Below are positions 1-7,692 of a stretch of 64,000 nt of DNA, in pieces. The stretch is from Acidobacteriota bacterium. Lineage in GTDB: Bacteria > Acidobacteriota > UBA6911 > RPQK01 > JAJDTT01. The number at the start of each line of letters is the position of its first letter. Position 1 is the first letter of the stretch. The notes beneath the pieces were generated by a model, which saw only the letters and a list, made by a program, of their open reading frames with translations, searched no databases and was not told the DNA's origin. The stretch lies in the NCBI GenBank assembly GCA_965209055.1, contig OZ242374.1, forward strand, positions 1,888,001-1,952,000. Reading direction: 5' to 3'. The translations under genes were made by a program, and so were the position numbers.

Positions 1-2
1 TC

Positions 3-3000
3 GTGCATGCGCTGGCAGCGCCGCTGGCCTATGGACAGGCCGCCACCTTCTCCCGGTTGCTGGGAACCGTCAGGGACCAGACCGGAGCGGTGGTGCCGGG
101 AGTGGAAGTCACGGCTACGGCCACGGCGACCAACATCCCGCACATGGCGGTGACCAACGACCGCGGTGACTACGTCATCGACAAGTTGATCCCCGGTTTC
201 TATGACATCTCGGCAGAGCTGCCCGGCTTCAAGGTGGCGCGCTCGCTGGGTGTCCGTCTGGAGGTCCAGACCGTATCCCGCGTCGACCTCACCATGGAGC
301 CCGGTGACATCTCCGAGCAGGTGACGGTCACGGGACAGTCCACCATCATCGACACCGACAATGCCGAGGTGGCAGCGGTCATCGAAGAGAAGAAGATCCT
401 GGATCTTCCTCTGGCGGGCCGCGACATGGTGAAACTGGCCTACCTGACCACGGGCGGCACGCAGGAACGGCAGGAGATCGGCTACTCTACGCTGTACGCA
501 TACGGCGGCGGGTATCCCACCTTCAACGGCCTGTATTCGCACTCCAACCAGATCCAGTTGGACGGCTCCAACAACATGGGCTACATCACGCAGCGGCCCA
601 CGGTGCAGCCGACCCCTGAGACGGTGCAGGAGTTCAAGGTGATCACCAACAACTACTCGGCCGAGTACGGCCGCGTGGGCGGGGCGGTCATCACGATGTT
701 GTCCAAGAGCGGGAGCAACGAGTTCCACGGCCATGCCTGGTACTACTTCCGGGACGAGGCTCTGGATGCGAACAACTTTTTCGCCAACCGAGCTCTGCGG
801 GAGAAGCTGCCGGTCGACTACCACATCGGCGGCGGTTCCATTGGCGGTCCCATCCTCAAGGATAAGACCTTCTTCCACGGCCACTATGAGAAGTTCATCG
901 ACAACCTGAATGTGGCGGGATTCGCTACCGCGCCTTCCACGGCCATCACCCAGGGCGACTTTTCGGGATCGGGCGCCAAGGGCCCCATCAACCAGCTCTA
1001 CAATCCGTTCGACTTCACCGGAAGCCGCGACGATGCAACTGGAATGCGGGCAGCTTTCGCCAACAACCAGATCCCGGCCAGCATGCAGGGGGCGGTCTAC
1101 AAGAAGATGATGGAGCTGATGCCTCCTCCGGCCCCCAACCAGCCGGACCTCACCAGCAACTACGCCTATCCTCGTGCGACCAATACCAAGATCGACAAGT
1201 ACTCGTTCCGCGTCGACCACCAGTTCGGCAACGACGACAACATCTTCGGTCGTTACAGCTGGCAGCGGTCGCCTGCCTTTACCCATACCGGCAGTTGGGG
1301 AGTCCCCGGCGCCGAACAGGACGGCATCTACCGCCAGTTCCAGGACCGGTCCCGCGGCTACCAGATCGGCATCAGTTGGGTGAACCCCATCGGATCCAAC
1401 CTGGTCACCGAGTACACCCAGTCCATCTGGAAGTTCACGTGGCTCATCTCACGGCCCATCGAGGACACCAACTGGCCTCGGGTTCTGGGATTCGACGACG
1501 GCCAGAACTGGGAAGTGTATCTGCCCAACGGCAACCGCGGCGGCGCCAACATGCCCCGCATGAGGCCTGACGGTTACACGGGCTGGGGCGGCGCCACCGA
1601 ATCGCCTCTGGCCGACTGGGGTTTGGGCTTCAAGTACACGGCCTCCTGGAGAAAGGGAGACCATTACCTGAAGTTCGGCGTCGAGCACGTCCGGAATCTG
1701 GATGTGCACTACTACTGGATTCCCCCCTATGCGGCCGGTGGAGACACCTTCAACGGGTTCGGTACGGGCCAGCTCCAGTACAACGAGGACGGAAGCTTCG
1801 CCGGCGTCACCTATGGCGAGGGCTGGGCGGACTTCATGCTGGGAACGCCCTCTTCGGTCTTCGGCAACGTGCTGGGAATCGGCGAGAACACCGGCCACTT
1901 CAACCAGAGCCACTACAACTGGTTCATCAACGACGACTGGAAGGTGGGTCCGAACCTGACCATAAACATGGGTCTTCGCTGGGAGCAGCCGCGGCCGCCC
2001 TATTACGAGGGCCACCCCAATGGGTCGTACACCAAGGACTACTACTACTGCGCGTATGACTACACCAAGGCCAAGAACCGGATCGATCCGGTGGAGATGA
2101 TGCCTGCGGGTTTCGACATCGCCCAGTGGCAGGGTGACGTCGGCATCGCCATCCCATTCGAAAACCTGCCTCACAGGGGTTGTTACAAGGCCAAGTGGCG
2201 CTATTTCGCGCCCCGGTTCGGACTGGCATGGCGGATGTTCGGGACCAACCGGACGGTGCTCCGCGCCGGCGCCGGCCTGACCTATGACCAGGAGTTCGGT
2301 ATTCTCCGCGCCCGGGTCATGCGGCCCAACGTCGGTGTCATCAACCTGCCGGCCGTGCGAGGAGAGGCTGTTCCTTCCCTCATCAGCGGCACCCGGCTCA
2401 ACCTGCCCCGCGATACCGGCGCCATCAACGCGGACGGTATTCGGGTCAACAGCAACTACCGCACCTGCTACTTCTCAGAGTTGGATTGGCAGGAAGGCCA
2501 AGTCTATTCCTACAACCTCATGATTCAGCACGAGCTGTTCCAGGGGACCAAGTGGGAGATCGGCTACGTCGGCAACCAGGGGCGCCACATTCGTGAGATC
2601 AGCCCCTTCAACGTCGCCATGCCGGAAGGCTATGTTGTGCCACTGATCGGTGGCGGCTCCGCCACACTGACCAGCGACCCCATCACGGCTGGACCTCGCG
2701 AGTGGATTCCTGCCGAAACACGTGGCGAGGTTGGTCGTGAGTGGAATGGGCAGTTGGCCCGGCGGCCTTATCCCCAGGTCATTCCCAACACCATGCTGCG
2801 GCCGCACGGGAGCATGAACTACAACTCCCTGCAGACCAAGTTGGAGCGGCGCTTCAGCGACGGTTTGGCCCTTTCCATGGGCTACACCTGGTCCAAGGCC
2901 ATGGCCATGAACTACAACGGCAACTGGGGAGACTGGTCCGGATCGCGCGACTATGAGCGCCACGCCCTGCGTGCGCCCATGCAGCACGACCGCTCCAGCA

Positions 3001-3593
3001 CCTACTACATGTCTGCCATCTGGGAGTTGCCCTTCTTCAAGAACGCTGGTGGGCTCACCAAGTCCCTGCTGGGCGGTTGGGAACTCACCGGTATCACCAC
3101 ACTCACCACGGGAGCCCCATTCCGGGTCTTCTACGGCACCGATCTGTGGAACCAGGGCGGTCGTTCGCGCCGGTACACCGACCGGATCAAGGACGGGAAT
3201 CTCGGCGGCGGAGCCACGGTGGAGCGGTGGTATGACACCAGCGCCTTCACGGCCCCTGGTGTCGAGAACCCGGACGTGCCGGGTCAGCGGATCATGGACC
3301 GGTCGCTTTGCGGCGGCGCCCCCACCTGCCATGAGGCAGCCAGGCGCTCGCTGGGTAACGGTGCCCCCTATCCGCTACGGTATGACGGAGTACCCGTCGT
3401 GGATCTCTCGCTGCACAAGAATTTCGCCCTCGGCGAAGACAAGACCTTCGACGTCCGGGCGGACTTCTTCAACGCCTTCAACCACGCCATCTTCAACGCG
3501 CCCAACGGCAACCATGCCAGTGGCGGCGTTGGCCGGGTGACCTCGGCGGCGACAGCGCGTCAGATTCAGATTGGGTTCCGCTTCTCGTTCTAG
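3..3593 (+). CDS. TonB-dependent receptor, Oar/Acidobacteria type with N-terminal carboxypeptidase-regulatory-like domain (5' end probably outside the window)
   Basis: GTVRDQTGAVVPGVEVTAT N-domain; plug motifs QLDG..N and QEFKVITNNYSAEYGR..G; SGSNEFHG; C-terminal RQIQIGFRFSF beta-signal; 1196 aa. Confidence 0.92.
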   Translation: MHALAAPLAYGQAATFSRLLGTVRDQTGAVVPGVEVTATATATNIPHMAVTNDRGDYVIDKLIPGFYDISAELPGFKVARSLGVRLEVQTVSRVDLTMEPGDISEQVTVTGQSTIIDTDNAEVAAVIEEKKILDLPLAGRDMVKLAYLTTGGTQERQEIGYSTLYAYGGGYPTFNGLYSHSNQIQLDGSNNMGYITQRPTVQPTPETVQEFKVITNNYSAEYGRVGGAVITMLSKSGSNEFHGHAWYYFRDEALDANNFFANRALREKLPVDYHIGGGSIGGPILKDKTFFHGHYEKFIDNLNVAGFATAPSTAITQGDFSGSGAKGPINQLYNPFDFTGSRDDATGMRAAFANNQIPASMQGAVYKKMMELMPPPAPNQPDLTSNYAYPRATNTKIDKYSFRVDHQFGNDDNIFGRYSWQRSPAFTHTGSWGVPGAEQDGIYRQFQDRSRGYQIGISWVNPIGSNLVTEYTQSIWKFTWLISRPIEDTNWPRVLGFDDGQNWEVYLPNGNRGGANMPRMRPDGYTGWGGATESPLADWGLGFKYTASWRKGDHYLKFGVEHVRNLDVHYYWIPPYAAGGDTFNGFGTGQLQYNEDGSFAGVTYGEGWADFMLGTPSSVFGNVLGIGENTGHFNQSHYNWFINDDWKVGPNLTINMGLRWEQPRPPYYEGHPNGSYTKDYYYCAYDYTKAKNRIDPVEMMPAGFDIAQWQGDVGIAIPFENLPHRGCYKAKWRYFAPRFGLAWRMFGTNRTVLRAGAGLTYDQEFGILRARVMRPNVGVINLPAVRGEAVPSLISGTRLNLPRDTGAINADGIRVNSNYRTCYFSELDWQEGQVYSYNLMIQHELFQGTKWEIGYVGNQGRHIREISPFNVAMPEGYVVPLIGGGSATLTSDPITAGPREWIPAETRGEVGREWNGQLARRPYPQVIPNTMLRPHGSMNYNSLQTKLERRFSDGLALSMGYTWSKAMAMNYNGNWGDWSGSRDYERHALRAPMQHDRSSTYYMSAIWELPFFKNAGGLTKSLLGGWELTGITTLTTGAPFRVFYGTDLWNQGGRSRRYTDRIKDGNLGGGATVERWYDTSAFTAPGVENPDVPGQRIMDRSLCGGAPTCHEAARRSLGNGAPYPLRYDGVPVVDLSLHKNFALGEDKTFDVRADFFNAFNHAIFNAPNGNHASGGVGRVTSAATARQIQIGFRFSF

Positions 3594-3618
3594 CGATCCA
3601 AGCAAGATCTAGCGATCG

Positions 3619-3653
3619 AAAAAGGGCCAGCCTCCGGGCTGGCCCTTTTTTTT
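3619..3653. terminator. Rho-independent terminator (bidirectional type) after the TonB receptor
   Basis: AAAAAGGGCCAGCC-TCCG-GGCTGGCCCTTTTTTTT, 25 nt after the stop codon. Confidence 0.92.
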
Positions 3654-3828
3654 GCCGCAAGCAGCGTAGATTCCGTCGCTGAAGCGTTACAGCTATAGAG
3701 GGACCGGAAAAAGCTCAGGAGACGGTGTCCAGCCTCGGCACAGGACATAATGGATTCTGTAGGAGCTGGCCTGGAGAATCCTGGTGCGCGACGATTCCGG
3801 TCAAATGTGGACGTGATAACATGAGGAG

Positions 3829-4143
3829 TTGATGTTGACCGAACTTACCCAGTGGTTCACTCCTGCCCTTGCCCAGTGGTTCACCCCTGCCATCGTGATA
3901 TTGGGGTTCCTTTTCACGTCCCGAACGATTCGCAACCAGCGCGTGGATATGGAGTCCCGGTTGGACCGGATGGAGTTTCGCTTGACTGGGAGAATTGACG
4001 GTGTCGAGACTCGCTTGGCTGCGAGGATCGACGGCTTGGAGTCTCGGTACAGCGACCTGCGGGACCGCATGGGGCGGATCGACGGAACTCTCGACTTGCT
4101 GCGGAAATCTATCGTCGGGAACGGACGCGGCACCGCAGCGTGA
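3829..4143 (+). CDS. Small membrane-anchored coiled-coil protein, copy 1 (2 hendecad units)
   Basis: GAGGAG SD before the start (ATG at 3832 likely); hydrophobic AIVILGFLF; repeats DRMEFRLTGRI/DGVETRLAARI; intact paralog at 5987-6364. Confidence 0.75.
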   Translation: MMLTELTQWFTPALAQWFTPAIVILGFLFTSRTIRNQRVDMESRLDRMEFRLTGRIDGVETRLAARIDGLESRYSDLRDRMGRIDGTLDLLRKSIVGNGRGTAA

Positions 4144-4208
4144 CACTTCTTCCTTTTCCCCGACAATCGGCCCCTCTGACCGGTGTCGGATCCGACGCTG
4201 TCATTGAG

Positions 4209-4402
4209 TCATGCCGATCCGTAAGCTCGATCCAGCAACTCGACCGTATGGAGCCCCGGTAGCCTACCGTTCCGCCGCTGCAGGTGGCTCTCAATCTGCT
4301 ACAGGTAACAGGCGTTCCCGGCGGCCACCGCATCCGGCTGCAATCGCTCGACGAAGGCCGCCCTATTGGCCCCCAGGCGAATTGCGCTCTCCGGCCGTTC
4401 CG
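4209..4402 (-). pseudogene. glcF: 3' remnant of glcF with internal stop
   Basis: Translates ERPESAIRLGANRAAFVERLQPDAVAAGNACYL*QIESHLQRRNGRLPGLHTVELLDRAYGSA*, colinear with the GlcF C-terminus EQPEIANRLGANKAAVIERVQPDAVAAGNVGCLMQIESHLRRLNSTLPVLHTVELLDRAYESV. Confidence 0.9.
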
Positions 4403-4487
4403 GAGTGTCAGTTTCTACGGGAAGAAAGTGGATGCCCCCGCCTCGGCGCTCTGAAGTCTCTGGAGCCGAGCTCACTCGGATGTCCAC

Positions 4488-5711
4488 TCAGGCGCCGGAT
4501 GCAACGGGCGACTGAACCAAGCCGTCACCACGGTCCAGCACGTCAACGCCGGCTCGGAATACATCGGTCCGGCAGCTTGAGCGCATTCGGGTCACCACCG
4601 CGGTCGCGGTCACCGGAATGCTGGCGTCCTCCTTCAGTCTCTGCCACCACAGGGCCGCGACACCTGCGGCATGGGGACAAGCCATTGAAGTGCCCTGGAG
4701 CGCCACCAATCCGCCTCCGGCTTTCGCTGACACCACATCGACGCCGGGGGCGCTCAACATCGGGTTGGTGTTGGAAAAGTCGGCGACGTTCAACCCGCCG
4801 CCGGTTTGCCCGAGTGCCCCCACCGACACAATGCCCTTGGCTGCCGCCGGCACAGATGCGCTGACCTCGTACTTCGGATTCTTCTGGCGCTTGCTCTCGT
4901 TGCCCGAGGCCGCAACGATGACGATGCCGCCATTGAATGCCGCCCTGGCTGCAATCAAATCCATCAGGTTGTCAAAGACCCGCAGATTGGCCCGGAATCC
5001 CTCCAGTGCGATGGAGGTCGCCAGGTCCACCGGATATCCCCGAGCGGCCAGCTTTTTGCTCAGGCCGGGAAAATCGAGGCCGAGTGACATGGAGAGCACT
5101 TTTGCATTCAGGGACGAAGCCCACAGGATCGCGTTGAACAGCATGTCCGATTCACCGCCGCCTTTATCGTCCAACACCTTGCCGATCAGAGCCCGGCTCA
5201 CGCCCGGCGCCACGCCGATACGCGTTCCGTCCACGTCGCGTCCGAACACCGTTCCCGCACAATGGGTGCCGTGGCCCTGGACGTCTCCATTGCCCTTTCC
5301 TGTAAAGTCCCGTTGGACCAGATCGACCCCCGCAAAGGCCTGGTGGCCGGCGTCAATGCCGGTGTCCAGAACACAGACCAGAACGTCGCGGCCGTCGGCG
5401 GAGCTGTTGTCAGCTCCTACGGCTTGAATCCCCCAAGTCGGTCCGGCCGTTACGGCGGCAGCCGATGCCATCGGTTCAATCAAGCGTGTCGGCATGGTCC
5501 GCGCCAAATCCAGAATGCCCGGGTCACGAGCCGCTTCCCGCAGGTCTTGCGGCTCCAGGTCCTCCACGCTCACTTCCGGTTCGGGCGGCATGTCCCCGGA
5601 CATCGTTGACATCCCGCCGGGGGACGGCACCCCGCTTACGCGCTGCCGACTCTCGAACCAACTCCGCCGCCGTCCCGCATTGGCATCTTTCAAAATGACG
5701 TAGCTTGTCAT
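4488..5711 (-). CDS. S8 family serine peptidase (subtilase), no evident signal peptide
   Basis: Triad motifs VLDTGID, HGTHCAG and GTSMACPH; oxyanion AASGN; ATG at 5711 preceded by GAGGAG SD (the longer ORF-track start at 5903 is unlikely). Confidence 0.92.
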   Translation of the reverse strand: MTSYVILKDANAGRRRSWFESRQRVSGVPSPGGMSTMSGDMPPEPEVSVEDLEPQDLREAARDPGILDLARTMPTRLIEPMASAAAVTAGPTWGIQAVGADNSSADGRDVLVCVLDTGIDAGHQAFAGVDLVQRDFTGKGNGDVQGHGTHCAGTVFGRDVDGTRIGVAPGVSRALIGKVLDDKGGGESDMLFNAILWASSLNAKVLSMSLGLDFPGLSKKLAARGYPVDLATSIALEGFRANLRVFDNLMDLIAARAAFNGGIVIVAASGNESKRQKNPKYEVSASVPAAAKGIVSVGALGQTGGGLNVADFSNTNPMLSAPGVDVVSAKAGGGLVALQGTSMACPHAAGVAALWWQRLKEDASIPVTATAVVTRMRSSCRTDVFRAGVDVLDRGDGLVQSPVASGA

Positions 5712-5986
5712 GTCTGAACTCCTCTGTGTGTTGGGTTTGTGCCTTTGGAGGGCACCGAGGGCAATAAAGCGACTGTCCCCGACTCGAGCCTTTCGGGTAG
5801 CCCTTTTTGGCCGGAATCGTCGCAGATTCTGCGATTGAAGCGTTACGGTTATGGAGGGACCGAAAAAACTCAGGAGAGGGCGACCAGCCTCGGAACAGAA
5901 CATAACCGGTTCCGTAGGGGCTGGCCCGGAGAATCGTGGTGGCCGACGATTCCGGTCAAATGGGGACGTGATAACATGAGGAACCG

Positions 5987-6364
5987 ATGTTGACCGAACT
6001 TGCCCAGTGGTTCACCCCGGCTCTTGCCCAGTGGTTCACCCCTGCCATCGTGATATTGGGGTTCCTTTTCACGGCCCGAACGATTCGCAACCAGCGCGTG
6101 GATATGGAGTCCCGGATGGACCGGTTGGAGACTCGCTTGACCGGGAGAATCGACGAAGTCGAGACTCGCTTGACTGGGAGAATCGACCAAGTCGAGACCC
6201 GCTTGACTGAGAGAATGGATGGCGTGGAGACTCGCTTGACCGTGAGGATCGACGGCTTGGAGTCCCGGTACAGCGACCTGCGGGACCGCATGGGACGGAT
6301 CGACGGAACTCTCGACCTGCTGCGGAAGTCTTTCGCCGGGAGCGGACCCGGCACCGCAGCGTGA
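5987..6364 (+). CDS. Small membrane-anchored coiled-coil protein, copy 2 (4 hendecad units)
   Basis: GAGG SD; LAQWFTPA twice (24-bp tandem at 5999-6046); TM segment; four DxxETRLTxRI-type units. Confidence 0.75.
   Translation: MLTELAQWFTPALAQWFTPAIVILGFLFTARTIRNQRVDMESRMDRLETRLTGRIDEVETRLTGRIDQVETRLTERMDGVETRLTVRIDGLESRYSDLRDRMGRIDGTLDLLRKSFAGSGPGTAA
6119..6250 (+). repeat. In-frame 33-bp tandem repeat, 4 units
   Basis: gacNNNNNNgagac(t/c)cgcttgacNNNNagNatN units at 6119, 6152, 6185 and 6218; copy 1 has only two units (3964-4029). Confidence 0.85.
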
Positions 6365-6429
6365 CCCTTCTTCCTTTTCCCCGGCAATCAGCCACTCTGA
6401 CAGGTGTCGGATCCGACGCAGCCGTTGAG

Positions 6430-7692
6430 TCATACCGATTCGTAAGCTCGATCCAGCAGCTCGACCGTGTGGAGCACAGGTAGCGTACTGTTCAGGCGCC
6501 GCAGGTGGCTTTCGATCTGCATCAGGCAGCCGACGTTCCCGGCGGCCACGGCATCCGGCTGGACTCGCTCTATGACGGCCGCCTTGTTTGCGCCCAAGCG
6601 GTTTGCGATCTCCGGCTGTTCCAGATTGTAGGTCCCCGCGGAGCCGCAGCAGGTTTCGCCGTCCATCAGCTCCATCAGGGTAAGATTCGGAATCCGTCCC
6701 AGGAGCTTTCGCGGTGCCGACCGGATACCCTGCGCGTGGGCCAGGTGGCAGGCATCGTGATAGGCGACCTTCATGGCCGACGGCAGCGGCGGAGGTTCCC
6801 GTTCCAAGCCCAGATTGTCCAGGAACTCGCTGACGTCCTGGACCCGAGTTGAAAAGCGGCGGGCCTTCTCCTCCCGCCCATCCCCCCGGAAAAGGAGCGG
6901 ATACTCCTTGATGCCGGAACCGCAGCCGGCGGCGTTGGTGATGACGGCGTCCACGTCGTTGGGAATGGCGTCGAAGTTGCGGACCGCCAGGCGCCGGGCG
7001 TGGTCGGCGTCCCCGGTGTGCAGCGCCAGGGCGCCGCAGCACCCCTGTTTGGCCGGGACGATCACCTCGACGCCGTTTCGAGCCAGAACCCGCAGCGTTG
7101 CCCAGTTGATGTCCGGCGACAGCACCTGCTGCACGCACCCCGACAACAGAGCAACACGAGCCCTGCGGCTTCCGAGGGCGGGATAGACGGACGGCAGGGA
7201 AGCAGACGACGGCAGTTTCCGGGGCAGCAACTCCAACATGGCCGCCATCCGCTCCGGCAGCATCCCGGTGAACGGCCGTGCCAGTCGGCCCAGAGCCGCG
7301 GCGGCCCGGAACCGCCGTGGATAGGGCAGCAGGAGCCGAAAGCCGAGGCGGGTGAGACGATCCAGCAGCGTTCCCTTGACCTGGTTTCGGGCCAGCGCCC
7401 GAAAGGGGGTTAGCAGTTCACCGTACTCGACGCCCGAGGGGCAGGCGGTGACGCACGCCATGCAACCGAGGCACTTGTCCACGTAGGGGAGGCCTGCCTC
7501 GATTTCGAGGCTCCCCTCCAGCATTTCCTTCATGAGCAGGATGCGGCCGCGGGGAGAGTCCATCTCCTGTCCCAGGTCCTTGTAAGTGGGACAGACGGGC
7601 AGGCAGAAGCCGCAGTGCACGCACGTCTTCACCTGGTGGGCCATGGCATCGCCCTGCGGTCCGAACCGTTCCGGCTCAATGCTGTGTTGCAC
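6430..7692 (-). CDS. glcF: Glycolate oxidase iron-sulfur subunit
   Basis: CVHCGFCLPVCP and CLGCMACVTACP ferredoxin motifs; two CCG domains (GCCGAL, TCCGSAG); YHDACHLAH; abuts the glcDE gene. Confidence 0.92.
   Translation of the reverse strand: MQHSIEPERFGPQGDAMAHQVKTCVHCGFCLPVCPTYKDLGQEMDSPRGRILLMKEMLEGSLEIEAGLPYVDKCLGCMACVTACPSGVEYGELLTPFRALARNQVKGTLLDRLTRLGFRLLLPYPRRFRAAAALGRLARPFTGMLPERMAAMLELLPRKLPSSASLPSVYPALGSRRARVALLSGCVQQVLSPDINWATLRVLARNGVEVIVPAKQGCCGALALHTGDADHARRLAVRNFDAIPNDVDAVITNAAGCGSGIKEYPLLFRGDGREEKARRFSTRVQDVSEFLDNLGLEREPPPLPSAMKVAYHDACHLAHAQGIRSAPRKLLGRIPNLTLMELMDGETCCGSAGTYNLEQPEIANRLGANKAAVIERVQPDAVAAGNVGCLMQIESHLRRLNSTLPVLHTVELLDRAYESV

Larger units (their letters stand above)
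3629..4402 (+). repeat. Diverged direct repeat, copy 1 (terminator half + intergenic + small gene + glcF 3' remnant)
   Basis: Colinear by eye with 5787-6622, sharing tgaagcgttac, cgacgattccggtcaaatg, gtcggatccgac and cgtaagctcgatccagca. Confidence 0.92.
5787..6622 (+). repeat. Diverged direct repeat, copy 2 (degenerate terminator + small gene + intact glcF end)
   Basis: Begins agcctttcgggtagccctttttggccg, resembling agcctccgggctggcccttttttttgccg at 3629; colinear with copy 1 thereafter. Confidence 0.88.

Noticed and set aside
6119-6250. 33-bp periodic repeats as a CRISPR array
   Set aside because: The units are contiguous, in frame and have no spacers; there are no cas genes
3715-6387. Minus-strand ORFs repeated in both duplicated copies (e.g. 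3801-4166, 5956-6387)
   Set aside because: They are antisense to the small coiled-coil genes, and their conservation is explained by the duplication itself
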